Source: a virus (lineage: Duplodnaviria > Caudoviricetes). From it: DNA of 64,000 nt. The notes under the pieces were generated by a model. It did no database searches and was not told the origin of the DNA. It worked only from the letters and a program-made list of their open reading frames with translations. The stretch's first letter is position 1. Every line of letters begins with the position of its first letter. Where the stretch lies: positions 32,001 to 96,000 of the IMG/VR virus record IMGVR_UViG_3300011217_000001; one strand, given 5' to 3'. Position numbers and translations under genes: made by a program. Positions 1 to 11,900 of this stretch are shown piece after piece.

Positions 1-3000
1 GACAATGGACTTCAGCTGGTTGGCCACCACGATCTTGCCACCAACACCTGCAGGCGACTTGCCAGTGATGTAGACCTTGATGATCAGGTTGTCCATCAAC
101 AGCGGTCGACCACCGATGCTGAGCGAGTCATCGACCATGCCCGAAACGTAGGGCTGACCAGATGCTTTGGCCAGGCTCCGACGCGCCGAATCCGACGCAC
201 GAGCGACCTTTGCCAGAGACGGGGACATGTCCTCGATCTCGCCGTGGTAAAGCACTTCGATTCTCTCGACGACACCATGCGCCTTAGCGCGCGGGGTCTG
301 AGACGACAGCAGACGCAGCGTCTCACGAGATTCATCGTCGAACAGCTTGTTCTCCGCAGTCGTCGACTCTTCGATGGTGCATAGAATACTTTCGACGTCC
401 ACCACGTCGCCGATCCCGACAAACCCAGTGATATGCTGATCAAAGGACAGTTGGATCTCGCGAACCTTGGTTACGTTGGCCGTCAGCTCCTTGGCCATCC
501 GTTCAGAGATGACAGAGGAGTCTTCGAAGGTATCCACACTTTCCAGCAGAGCGACGCGGCCCAGTACGCCCGCCTTCCACACCACGTTGCTCTTGTTGTA
601 CAGATCCTTCTCGAAGAACATCGAGTTGTAGGCCAGGTTGTCGCCACGCTTGAACGTGTCGCCTGCCTTCAAGGAAGTCACGACCTGATGCGGGATCGTG
701 GCGCCGGCCATGATGCCGAAACGACGCCCCAGTTCCACGCTGTCAGATGTGCCGTCCTCGTACTCGACCAGGATCGCATCTTCAGTAACGCTGACCACCT
801 TGCCGTTCTTGTCTGCTGCCTTTGCGAACAAGTCGGACGTACGCTGACCAACCACCTGCTCGTAACCGGTACGCAACGGAGTGGGTCGATAACCATCGGC
901 GGCGATCGAGCGCGAGTGCTGAATACTCGCAAAGTTCACACGCTTGGGATCATCGCGGTCAATGGTGGGCGAAAGCATTGCCGGGGTGGAGAAGATCGAA
1001 GACGGACCATCGGCACCCTTGATGTAGTGGCGCGACATGCCGTACAAGTTCGTCAGCAGTGGATTGGGAGCAAACGACGTCGTGATTGCCACTTCGCCGG
1101 AGTCCTTCGTTGCTTCGGAGATCTTGCCCTTGTCATTGCGGTGGTAGACGCGCGAACGCTTCACCATCGAACGACCCGAACGACCACCCGTACCGCTGAA
1201 CGTGACTTCCTCGATTTCCTTCAGGTTGTGGATCGGGTTGGCTTCCTCCACGATACGCTGGGAGGTGTCCTTGGCGATCGCCATCCAGACCGCATTGGGC
1301 GACATTTCAATCGCACCACCGGTAGCGCCCGGACGAGCACGGAACGTACGCACAGCACGCGCCAGTTCGTTGTACACCGCACCGGCCATACGCTCATAAC
1401 CACGGAAGCGCTGGTAGTCGGTATCGGTTTCCTGCGGCGCCCAGTCGGTTTGCAGCAGTTCAGCGGCACGACGCAGCAGCGGGATGAACTTGACCGGTTC
1501 GCCCATTTCCTTCAGGACGTCCACGGTGATCGGGTCGAGGAACAGATCCTTGATCGACTCCAACTCGCGGATATAGCGAACACCCACGCCGTTGTTTTCC
1601 AACACGGTGTAGTAGATGTCCTTCTGGTCGAAGTTGTACACGCTGTAGTTGCGGATCGACTTCTCAAACACATTGAAGCCAACCATCAGCATCGAGGCAA
1701 CCGAACCATCGCGCTTGAACACCAGCGTCTCATCGTTGAACACCACCGAGAACTCGTCCTCGGCCAGATGGGCACGCTCACCACGCGGTACACGGCGCGG
1801 GTTCAGACGCAGTTCGCTCAGCAGGGTTTCCAGACCCACGTAGTAGGCCAGCACCACGCCCAGCGGTAGGTCACGATCGAACACGGTCAGCTCGATCATC
1901 TCGATCGGAGACTTGGCACGATCCAGACCCGTCAAGGCGTAGATGTCACCCAGCGCAACGATCGTCTCTGCATCCTCGTGGATATAGAACGTGTTGGTGT
2001 CGTCGACGAAGATCGGCAGCTGAGCCGGACCCTTGTAGCCACAGATCACACCCTTGTTGGTGTTCTCGATAGCCGACAGACCAGCGCTGTCCTTGAACTG
2101 CTTGAAGCGAGTGCTGTGGTCGAAGAACAGGTGCACGTCGTCCTGCACCGTGAACGAACGGAAGCGCTGGGAGAGCTGGCTGTAGATGCGCGGAACACGC
2201 AGCTCGTGGTCGAACACCGTGCCCTGACGCAGGTCAGTGACGCTGGTGTCTTCCTGATCATTGCCAGCCGCAGCGATGCGGTTACCCAGCCAGTTGGTCA
2301 GGTTGTACTTGACGTTGTCGTTGCGCGACACCGACAGCTTACCGTAGTAGCTGGACAGCGCCACACGGCGGCTGTTCACCTTGCGGATCGGAAGCTCGTT
2401 ACGCTGGGTAGCCAGACGATAGCGAACACCGTTGGCCAGGTAGGTGCCATCCTTACGGACACGCGGCAGACGGAAGCGAAGCGTGGACGGCTTGCCATCC
2501 ACCGGCGTCAGACGCACGGTGTAGGCGTGGTAGTCGTTCATTGCATCGACATGTGCTTCCACGTTGAACTGCGTCACCGCCACGCCAGCGTTCTGAACAC
2601 CCATGACCATGCCAGCGATGTGCTTCTGGAGGTACTGGGTAACGTAGCGCGGAGTGAAGTCAGCCAGCGTGGACTTCAGCATCGACTTGTCGTATACCGT
2701 GGGGATGTCGTTGAACTCAGCCGAAGCTGTGTCGATCTGCATCTCTTCCGGCTGGATCTGGATGAAGTCAGCCAGCGAACCTTCCCCACCCATCGGATTG
2801 GGAATGTCCATGAAGGACTTGGCCAGTGCTTCGAAACGACGCAGCTCAGCAGCCGACATGCGACCGTAGAGCGCCTGACCACGGGCACGTTCAGCAACGC
2901 CGGCGATCAGTTCCTCGTTGCGGGTACGGACAGGCTCCTCAGGCTTCGGTGCAACGCCTGCAGGGTTGTCCACGCCATCACCACGCGCCTCGGCAGCTTC

Positions 3001-4176
3001 CTGCTGTTCGCGGGCCTTCTCGACGTCCTCAGCGAGCTTCTCCAGCGCTTCGAGGTCGCCATCGATATTGCCTTCGATCTCAGCGGTCTCCGCCTCACTC
3101 TCGTTGAGTTCGAACTCTTCGGGAGCAAAGGAGATGATCGTCGCATCGCGCAACAGTGCCTTCTCGGCGGCCTTGTCATCGGCGGTCTGAGCCTTGGGTG
3201 CCTTGTCAGCCAGCGCTTCGATCTCGGCCTGCTCTTCCAGTTCCAGAGCCGAGGCATCATCTTCAGAGACCCACTGGGTGGAATCGTCTGAAATGACGGC
3301 AGGCTCGACTTCGGTACGAGCTTCCTGCAGATTGATCAGCATGGCCAGCAGACGACGCTGCATGTTCTCAGCCGGCAGACCGTTGCGAGCCTTGGTGCCG
3401 TTCTCGACTTCCAGATCGGTCGGCTTGCGCCAGCCATCAAGCAGGCCCAGGTTCAGCACGAACCAGCTATCCGACTCCTGCCAGATCAGGTTGACGTGCT
3501 TCATGTCCTCGGCAGCAACCTGCGAGAGCATGGACAGATGACGCTCCGGACCCAGCCACTTCCACAGCTCCAGGATGAACAGCTTCTCCGGAGAGTCGAA
3601 GATCTGCAGCGTGGAACGGGTCATGTCCTTCATGCCACGACGCAGCTGGGTCATCGACGGGATCGTGTCCGGCAGCTTGCACACTAGGAAGTTCTGGCGA
3701 TTGAGCTTGGCCGTCTCACTGATCTTCTGCCAGCAAGTGGAATTGATGTTGTACCACTTGTTGTAGCCGGCGAAGAAGTTGCCCAGGTAGCGCGAGGTGT
3801 GGCTGAGGATGGCGTAGTTGTACACCAGCAGCGTACGTGGATCACGCATGACCGCATCGATGTTCTTCAGCGGACGAGTGCGACGGTAGCGCTGGTGGTA
3901 GTCGCGGATCAGCTTCTGGGCAGGGATCGGCAGCGGACGCGGGGCACCCAGACGCGAGGTCAGTTCGGTAACCGAATCCACCTGTACCATGCGGCGCTCG
4001 TTGCGCAGCAGTGGATCGTCGGTGGAGATACCGTAGGACACTTCATCGTCCGGCACATAGTGCAGGATCGAGTTGATCGGCAGCTGCATCAGCAGCGTCT
4101 TGCTCAGCTTTGGCTTGGCAAGTTCACTGGCGCGCCGCACGCCGAAGCGTCGGTAGTAGGGTTGATACAGCATCAT
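1..4176 (-). CDS. Virion RNA polymerase beta-like subunit (phiKZ gp178-like), 3' end runs off the window
   Basis: Absent from the ORF track because no stop lies in the window; read by hand at both ends and at spot checks. It starts MMLYQPYYRRFGVRRASELAKP at 4176 and reads ...SPAGVGGKIVVANQLKSIV at the window edge, resembling the beta GDK...K region. Adjacent to the beta' subunit gene. Same-frame antisense shadow ORFs (433, 1978, 3799) fit one continuous frame. Confidence 0.88.
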   Translation of the reverse strand, partial: MMLYQPYYRRFGVRRASELAKPKLSKTLLMQLPINSILHYVPDDEVSYGISTDDPLLRNERRMVQVDSVTELTSRLGAPRPLPIPAQKLIRDYHQRYRRTRPLKNIDAVMRDPRTLLVYNYAILSHTSRYLGNFFAGYNKWYNINSTCWQKISETAKLNRQNFLVCKLPDTIPSMTQLRRGMKDMTRSTLQIFDSPEKLFILELWKWLGPERHLSMLSQVAAEDMKHVNLIWQESDSWFVLNLGLLDGWRKPTDLEVENGTKARNGLPAENMQRRLLAMLINLQEARTEVEPAVISDDSTQWVSEDDASALELEEQAEIEALADKAPKAQTADDKAAEKALLRDATIISFAPEEFELNESEAETAEIEGNIDGDLEALEKLAEDVEKAREQQEAAEARGDGVDNPAGVAPKPEEPVRTRNEELIAGVAERARGQALYGRMSAAELRRFEALAKSFMDIPNPMGGEGSLADFIQIQPEEMQIDTASAEFNDIPTVYDKSMLKSTLADFTPRYVTQYLQKHIAGMVMGVQNAGVAVTQFNVEAHVDAMNDYHAYTVRLTPVDGKPSTLRFRLPRVRKDGTYLANGVRYRLATQRNELPIRKVNSRRVALSSYYGKLSVSRNDNVKYNLTNWLGNRIAAAGNDQEDTSVTDLRQGTVFDHELRVPRIYSQLSQRFRSFTVQDDVHLFFDHSTRFKQFKDSAGLSAIENTNKGVICGYKGPAQLPIFVDDTNTFYIHEDAETIVALGDIYALTGLDRAKSPIEMIELTVFDRDLPLGVVLAYYVGLETLLSELRLNPRRVPRGERAHLAEDEFSVVFNDETLVFKRDGSVASMLMVGFNVFEKSIRNYSVYNFDQKDIYYTVLENNGVGVRYIRELESIKDLFLDPITVDVLKEMGEPVKFIPLLRRAAELLQTDWAPQETDTDYQRFRGYERMAGAVYNELARAVRTFRARPGATGGAIEMSPNAVWMAIAKDTSQRIVEEANPIHNLKEIEEVTFSGTGGRSGRSMVKRSRVYHRNDKGKISEATKDSGEVAITTSFAPNPLLTNLYGMSRHYIKGADGPSSIFSTPAMLSPTIDRDDPKRVNFASIQHSRSIAADGYRPTPLRTGYEQVVGQRTSDLFAKAADKNGKVVSVTEDAILVEYEDGTSDSVELGRRFGIMAGATIPHQVVTSLKAGDTFKRGDNLAYNSMFFEKDLYNKSNVVWKAGVLGRVALLESVDTFEDSSVISERMAKELTANVTKVREIQLSFDQHITGFVGIGDVVDVESILCTIEESTTAENKLFDDESRETLRLLSSQTPRAKAHGVVERIEVLYHGEIEDMSPSLAKVARASDSARRSLAKASGQPYVSGMVDDSLSIGGRPLLMDNLIIKVYITGKSPAGVGGKIVVANQLKSIV

Positions 4177-4200
4177 GGAAATGTCTCGCTCTGAAAGAGC

Positions 4201-5853
4201 TTAGCGCTTGGCCAAGCTCTTGGGGGTGCTGGTGAGGTTGTGCAGGACCATCTTCACCATCTGCACGTCAACGGATGCGTTCATGCCACCACGCGGATCG
4301 ATGAACGCTCGCTTGGAGTTGAGCGTCTTCAGGATCTCGGCGACACCTTCCTCGGAGTACACCGAGGTGAAGTTACACATGTCACCGTCGAAGTCGGCGC
4401 CCATGCCTGCCACACGTGCAGTAGGAATGACCTGCGCGTCCAGCCACAGCGACGGGTTGAAGATCGGGTACTCCAGCGCCGTGTGCGTTTCGTCCAGCGG
4501 TTCCCAGTCCGGACCCAGCTCACGACGCACCTCACCACGAGTGGTGGTTTTGGTGTAGACCGTGGAGGGGTAACTCGAACCGATGCCGGTGACCGGATAA
4601 CGCGTCACGAAGGCGCCGTCCTTGTTCCAGATCTTGTAGCCGGACAGGTAGATGAACTCGCACAGGGTAATCGGGCGAACATGTGCGCGATCGCGATCAG
4701 CAGGTAGATCACGAATGTCGCTGAACACCTTGAAGGTCATGTCAGGGCCAGTGTAGACCAGCGCCAGATAGTGACCCTTCTTGCCCAGGCGCAGCGGACG
4801 ATCACGCAGACGCGTTTCGCCATAGCTGGAGATCACCTTCTCCAACCCTTCGGTGGAGTTGAAGCGATCGTAGTCATCCGGACGCAGTTCGACCAGCTCC
4901 GACTCCAGCGTCTTCGGGTTGACCAGATAGCCCTGGTTGGCACCGGCGGAGAAGATGTCGGGCAGGTAACTGTAGCGCAGCGCGTGGATCGACTTGGGCA
5001 GGATGGCCTTGGACTGCTGGTACAGACCCACCACCGTGTCGGAGAACTTCGGTGCGTTGGGAGCACCCAGTACCGAGGTGGAGGTATCCATGGCCGTGAT
5101 GACGTTACGCGTGCCGTTGAAGACACGACGCGAGCCCCACTTCTTCTGGATGAACCCCTTCTTGCCCGTGATGATCCGCTCGATGTACTCGTACAGTTCA
5201 TTGAAGGCGCGCTGCAACAGCAGCGGCGGCAGGTTCACCGACGGGCCGATGTCGTCATATTCGGTCTCCACCACCGTGCGCGAGATGCTCAGCAGACGGG
5301 AGTAGATATCGTTGATTTCATCGTAGGTCGTACGACCAGAGTCATCGGTTTCGATGTCACGCAGACCAGCGGGCAGGACCAGCACCTTCGTGGTGGTAGC
5401 CCGATCCACGAACTTCTTGATCAGAGCGATACGAGCCGAACGCAGGTCCGACTTGTTCTCCTTGTACTGGATGTCCTTGAAGTGCCGCATAAAGAAGCGG
5501 AACCCCGTCTGGCCATCGATTTCGTTGGAGGATTCAAAGTCCTTCAACTCATCGTTCCAGACAGCGTAGGCCTGACCAGTCAGGATGCCGCCGTACAAGC
5601 CCTTCAGCTTGACGATGGTGCGATAGATGAACGGGTGGAAAATCGGCACCTTCACGTCGATGTAGGCAAAGCGCCCATCGCGAGAGGGATCACCGATACG
5701 ACCGAAGATCTTCAGGGAGAAAAGCCCGTCGTCATGGAGCGGACCACCGACCGACTCGTAGATGTCCAGACTGGTGACAGGCTGGATCTTTTTGAGTCGC
5801 TCCGGAGTGATCTCCAGGATACTGACATTGAATGGTGTGTCGAGCCGATTCAC
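4201..5853 (-). CDS. Virion RNA polymerase beta'-like catalytic subunit (phiKZ gp180-like)
   Basis: 550 aa; catalytic GADFDGD motif, DDGLFSLKIFG, VLPAGLRD, KKGFIQKKWGSRRVFNGTRNVIT and RYP motifs typical of beta' homologues. Confidence 0.93.
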   Translation of the reverse strand: MNRLDTPFNVSILEITPERLKKIQPVTSLDIYESVGGPLHDDGLFSLKIFGRIGDPSRDGRFAYIDVKVPIFHPFIYRTIVKLKGLYGGILTGQAYAVWNDELKDFESSNEIDGQTGFRFFMRHFKDIQYKENKSDLRSARIALIKKFVDRATTTKVLVLPAGLRDIETDDSGRTTYDEINDIYSRLLSISRTVVETEYDDIGPSVNLPPLLLQRAFNELYEYIERIITGKKGFIQKKWGSRRVFNGTRNVITAMDTSTSVLGAPNAPKFSDTVVGLYQQSKAILPKSIHALRYSYLPDIFSAGANQGYLVNPKTLESELVELRPDDYDRFNSTEGLEKVISSYGETRLRDRPLRLGKKGHYLALVYTGPDMTFKVFSDIRDLPADRDRAHVRPITLCEFIYLSGYKIWNKDGAFVTRYPVTGIGSSYPSTVYTKTTTRGEVRRELGPDWEPLDETHTALEYPIFNPSLWLDAQVIPTARVAGMGADFDGDMCNFTSVYSEEGVAEILKTLNSKRAFIDPRGGMNASVDVQMVKMVLHNLTSTPKSLAKR

Positions 5854-5909
5854 AGCGGCCTACTCCTTAATTCTATAGACGGGTATTGATAAAGGGCCAG
5901 GGTAGAGAT

Positions 5910-8900
5910 ATGGCTTCGACGAACGACAGAAAGAACAAGAAGGGTCCGCCGCCCAACAAGAACGCCCGCAATAACAAAGTGGACGATTCTGGGCTGGACC
6001 TCGGCGATTTCGACTTTGGCTTGGATGAATTCGACTTCAAGCCGGAGAAGGACAATCGCCGCCCGACGACCAAACTGGCCGCCGGCATGTACGAGGGCGC
6101 AAAGTCGACGGTCTCCGACAAGCATTTCATCGAGGACTTCATCAAGCGTGCCCTGCCCGACGGTTACGGTCAAGCGTTCAATGTTGCCGATTCGACGTGG
6201 TCGTCCACCAAGGATCTATACAATAACGCCGCCACCGAAATGCGGGCACCGCTGAAAGAGATTCAGCGCACCTCCAAAAAATTGCTCGCATCTGTAGAAA
6301 ATGTCATCCCCGAGAAGCTGTATTCGCGGATCGACAAACTGCTGACCGAGAAGGAGTCCTACTTCGACAATGCGCGTTCCGAACAGGATCGTCGCAAGGA
6401 GCAGGACGACAACGAGATCAACACCACCATTGGTGAGATCTTCAAGGAAAACATGCGGGCTTCCGAAGCCGTCTACGCCCACCAGAAGGTGGACAGGACG
6501 ATTCGTGAGAAGGTCGAGGACGACCAGCACAACAACTCACTGTTGCAGCTGGAAACCACTCGCGCCGGCATCGACCGCATGGTCTCCTTCCAGGACAACT
6601 TCACTGCTCGCTATCAGCGCAAGTCGCTGGAGCTGCAGTTCAAGCAGTTGTTCATGATGCGAGATCTGACCGACGTCACGATCAAGTCCAGTGAGCTGAG
6701 CAACAAGTTCCTGGAGAGCATCACCAAGAACACCGCGTTGCCCGATGCGGTGAAGATCAAGACCGCAGAAGTCAACCGACAGATGCTGAAGCAGCGTCTG
6801 ATCGGTGGTGTGCAGAACAAGGCCTCTGAGTATGTTCGTGGTTTCGGCAAGCAGCTGAAGTCCAACATCCAGAACGTGATGACCACCTATACCCGCCAGA
6901 TGATGGAAGGGTTCAACATGGGTCGGCAGTTGGCCGAGTCCATGGAGTCTGCCAAGGAGTTTGGCGACGGGGGTGGTCCGCACGAGATGATCGGCGGGAT
7001 GGTTGGCGGCGAGTTGGCAGAGCAGGCAGGTTATCGCTTCGCTCAGTTCGTCTCCCAGATCACCGACCAGATGCCGGAACTGAAGCGTGGCGGCAGTGCG
7101 CTGAAGTATTTCACCACCGGCATTCCGGAGATGTTCAACGAGCTGGCTCAGCGTGGCACCACGCAGACCGGTTGGAAGGGTACGCTGGCTCGTATGGCAC
7201 AGCAGCTGATCCCGACCCACATGCTCAACTCCAGCCTCGGCGATTCGCCGATCTTGGACAGTGACACGCACAGCGGCTTCACCAATGGCGCCAATCGTGC
7301 GTTGATCGAAGTCATCCCCGGATACCTGTCGCGCATCTTGCACGCACAGCGGGTGATGATGTCCAAGAACCCGAATATCAAGCGCATCGTCTACAACGCC
7401 GACCGTGGCTCTTTCACGACCAAGGATGAGGCAGTCAAGGACGCAGCGTGGCGTATGTTCGGCGAGGCTAACACCACCGGTGCTCGCAACAGCTTGGGCG
7501 AGTTCGTCAATTCGGTTGCGGGTAATAACAAGATCTCTCCGGCGGCGGAAGGTGCCCTGAAAGATCAGCTGATGCGAGACTCTCTGAGTGCCAACCCTTG
7601 GAGTGTCAGCAACTACGCCAACAAGGACTACTACGACGAGAAGCTGGCTCCGCAGATCAGGCAGGAAATTGCCGACCTATTTGCGCAAGCCATGGGGATG
7701 GGTCAGGGTGAGAAGTTCGACGTCCGCATCCATGACGTCAATCGAGCTTCCAAGCTGCGTGAGAAGTACACCGCAATGCGCAACAACCTCGACGATCCCC
7801 GTGACAAGACCAAGGGGTATATCGAGGCAGGTCAGCGTGAGCTGATGGAAGCGCTGGGACTGATCGAGAAGGGCGGTTTGACTGGTCGCATGAACTATAA
7901 CGAAGCGTTCCGACGCATTCGTGACGCCAATGCAACCACCGAATATCCCGATGAGGTATGGGAACTGGCTGAGCAGTCGGGCGTACCGGCGGCTCTGGTG
8001 GCAAAGGTCATCGCACCGGCCACCCCTGCTCCGATCGGCGCAGCAACTCCGCCCTCGCGTGCAACCATCAATAGTGGTCGCCGAGCCAAGGGTATCTCCA
8101 AGCGTCGCCAGAAGATCATGGACCAGCGGGCTGTTGAAGCTGCTGAACCACCGGTTGGCGCAGGCCATGGTAAGGTCAACGCTCGTGACATCATTACCAG
8201 CATCAATGAATCGGTGACTGGTGAGGGTGAGCTGATCTCCGCAATCCGTGCCAACAACATCACTGCGCAGGCAACCACCACGGTGGAACTGCTGGGTGAC
8301 ATCCGCGAGATGCTGGCCTCTGGTCAGTTTGGCGGTGGTGGTGGTAGCGGTGGCCCTCCTCCGCTCCCGGGTGCGTACACCCGCCGCAAGGGCTTCTGGG
8401 GCGGCACTGAGCATGCCTTCCGTTGGATCGGTGGTAAGCTGGCTGCCGGTGGTCGCGCGGCCGGTACTGGCGCTGGTATGGCATGGCGTGGCGGCAGGAC
8501 TGCTGGCAGCTTCCTCGGTCGTATGCTGGGTAGTCTGGGTAGCGCTGCGTGGACGGGTGTAAAGGGCGCTGCCGGTATCGGCTGGGCTGCTGGCGCCAAC
8601 TCCGCAGAGGCCGCACTGAACTACATCTCCGACGTCCGTGACAAGCAGGGACGCGTGTTGCTGGAAGCTCGCCTGATGCGTTTGGGTGAATACTTCGATG
8701 CAACCACGGGCAAGGTGATTACCAAGCTGTCGGATATCCGTGGTCCGGTCAAGGACAAGTCTGGCAACATCGTCCTGACCGCCTACGACTTCGATCAGCA
8801 GCTTTACAACAGCAATGGGCAGCGCGTCCTGGCAGGTCTGACTGCTGGCGGGCGTGGCTTCCTGAAGGCGCTGGGGTGGACGAGCACTGCTCCGTTCCGC

Positions 8901-11900
8901 GCTGGCAACTTCGTCCGCACCACGATCAACGGCGCACTGGCTCGCATGGATGCCGAGAAGGACATCTACGTTCGCGGTGAACCGCAGGCACCTCGCCTGT
9001 TGGCCATCAAGATCAAGTCCGGCAACTACTTCGTCCAGGATGGCGATGCTGGCACCAAGATCGTGATGAGCTGGCGTGACTGTACCAATACCGTCATGGA
9101 CAGCGATGGCAACATCGTACTGACCACCGACGATATCAAGCGCGGCCTGGTGGATGTCAACGGTCTTCCGTTCGGCCTGACACTGGGTGGTCGCATCGGT
9201 CACGCTGCGGTGAACGTGGCTCTGAACATTGCTGCACGTCTGAGCAAGTTCACCAAGTGGGCAGTTGCTGCTCCGAAGAAACTGATGGACTTCCTGTCCG
9301 GTGTTCGTCTGGATAGCATCACCAACGTCTTCGTCGGCGTGGGTAGCTATATCGGCGACCAGCTGCAGAACCAGCTGGATGTGCAGAACAAGCAGCTGAA
9401 CGTTCTGCAGAACATCTACGAGTTGCTTGATGCGCGTCTGCCCAAGCCGGTGTTCGGTGATACCGACGGTGACGGCCTGCGCGATGGCAGCTGGCAGGAG
9501 AAGGAAAAGAACGGCGGTGGTGACGGGGAGGATGCCCGCGACCGTCCGGGTCATACTGGCAAGGCCTCGTCCAAGGACAACATCGTCGCCAACATGTTTG
9601 GTATCGGTGGTAAGGTCAAGGGCCTGTGGAACAAGCTCTTCGGTAAGAAGGGTGGTGGCGGTGGGGATGGTGACGGTGACTGCGGTTGTGGTTGCTGTGG
9701 CTGTGATGGCGAGGGCGGCGGTAGCGACTTCTACGTCGATGCCGATGGTCGCAAGCGTCGTCGTTCTCGTGCGCCGAGGAAGGACACCAAGGGTCGTAAG
9801 CGTGGTGGTTGGCGCCGTAACCGCGCAGCTCGCGCTGCTCGTTTCCGTCGTCGCCGTGGCCTGCCGGCTCGTCCGCGTACGGGTGCTACTCCGCGTGTTG
9901 TTCGCCCGCCGCCGCTGCCCGGTGTACGTCGTGCTCCGCGCTTTGGTCGCCTGGGTCGTGGTCTGGCTCGCTTCCGCCCGCGTGGTGCAAGTCTGGGTGG
10001 TATCGCTACGGGCGTAGCCATGGGTCTGGGTGGTAGCTATCTGGTTGACAAACTGGGTGGCGATGACTCGACCGGCGGTAAGATCGTCAACGGTGTGGCC
10101 GATACCGCAGGAATGGTGTCGACCGGCATGATGGCAGCTTCGGCAGCCTCCACGCTCACCGGTGGCGCTGCGGCTGGTACTGCGGCGGCTGGTACTGCTG
10201 CTGCGGCTGGTGGCGCTGGCACTGCGGCTACGGTCGCAGGTGGCGGCGTCATGGCGACCATTGGTCTGCCTGTGCTTGCAGTGGCTGCTGTTGCCGCTGC
10301 AGTCGGCTACGTCGGTTATAAGGCGTGGAAGAAGTACAAGTACGGCACCTACGTCCCGGTCCGTGCATTCCGTATGGCGCAGTACGGTGTGGGTTACAAG
10401 GATGCCAGTGGGGTCGAGAAGATCGTCGACTTCGAGCAGATGGTTGCCCCGCACACCAAGATGGTAAACGGTGTGTTGGACATCTCCGCAGAGAAGTTGT
10501 CGATGAAGGAGATCTACGAGCACTTCGGTCTGGACGACGGCTGGTTCACCAACAATCAGGAAGAGCGCAATCTGTTCGATGTGTGGCTGACTCGTCGATT
10601 CAAGCCGGTGTACTTGGCTTGGTTCCAGGCGATGAAGACCATTGCGCCGAACGTGGCTCTGAATGATGCGGACGACTCGCTGGACAAGGACAAGAAGCTC
10701 GAACTGGTGAAGGCGGGTTCGAAGGTTGGTCCCGATCCCCTGCAGGTTACCGCAGGTCCGTTCGGTGAACCGCTGGAGATGAAGGCAGCTGACGTTGACC
10801 GGGCACTGAACCTGGCTATCGCTCGAATCGAGCAGGATGGCAAGGGAATCCTCAGTGGCATGAAGCGCATCTCCGATGCGTCGATGGCCCTGACGCCCGG
10901 CATGAGTACGTTGATGTCCCCGCTGACCGATTGGGCTGACAAGCGTCAGGAAGACGCTGATATGGAAATGGCTGCTCGCGCAAGGGAGCAGGCGAAGAAC
11001 AAGCCCAATGTGACCGCACCTGGAGCCAACGGCGCGTCCGTCTCCGCAGGCAATGCTGCCATCACCTGGAACAACGGTGTCCCGACGGCAACCGCAGGCG
11101 GGGTGAGCGCAACGCCACCTGGTTTCATGAACATGCAATACAAGCCCGGCCAAGGACTGGCGGCGGCTCCTCCGATGGCACCCATCATGCTCAACGGCAC
11201 GATGCAGTTGGTTCTGGATCGAGAGGCTTCTGATCTGGAAGGTACTTACGGCACGCTGAAGCTGCCTGACGGTACGGTGTTCCAAACGCTGGAGTTGCCA
11301 TGGAAGAATAATGCGGCCCGAGTGTCGTGTATCCCAACGGGTGTCTACAAGTGTGCTCGTCGTCAGACAACGTCATTCGGTTACGCCTACGAGGTTTACG
11401 GCGTGCCGGGACGTTCGGCAATTCTGATCCACGCCGGTAACTCGGCAGGGTCGGCAGAGCACGGTAAGAAGGCTGACTCCCAGGGTTGTATCCTCCTGGG
11501 TATGGGGCGTGGTCGCTCTGGTACTCAAAAGACCATTACCAACTCGCAGGCAGCGATGAAGCTGTTCTACGAGAAGATGGCCGGACGACCGTTCCAGATG
11601 GCGATCATTGGTGGTATGGCGTGCATCGACCCCAACGCTGTGCGTGAAGCCAATCAGAACAAGCAGGCCAACTCTGCGTACAACACCACTCCGGCTCAGG
11701 CTTCGGCCGATGCAGCAGCGGCAGCGGCGCGGACGGCAGCAGGTTCTGCAGGGACGAGCGGGGCGCCGACCTCGGCTAGCACTCCGTACTCGTTCATGAA
11801 CACGGCTTACGCGCCTGGCTCAGGTATGGGTTCGGGTGGTCCTGCGATGATGAACACCGGCTACCAGGCTGGTAACTACTCCAACCCCGGTCCGATGGGG

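Noticed and set aside
1-5853. Intron, intein or homing endonuclease in the RNAP genes
   Set aside because: Frames appear continuous at expected sizes and no LAGLIDADG/HNH or intein motifs were seen; the acidic stretch at ~2900-3300 looks like a low-complexity linker
7677-11285. Very long antisense ORFs (also 433-1869, 24828-27236, 34482-36650, 36807-40064, 59835-62561 and others)
   Set aside because: They lie in the mirror frame of real genes. Avoidance of TTA/CTA/TCA codons in GC-biased genes removes antisense stops, and the translations show no motifs.
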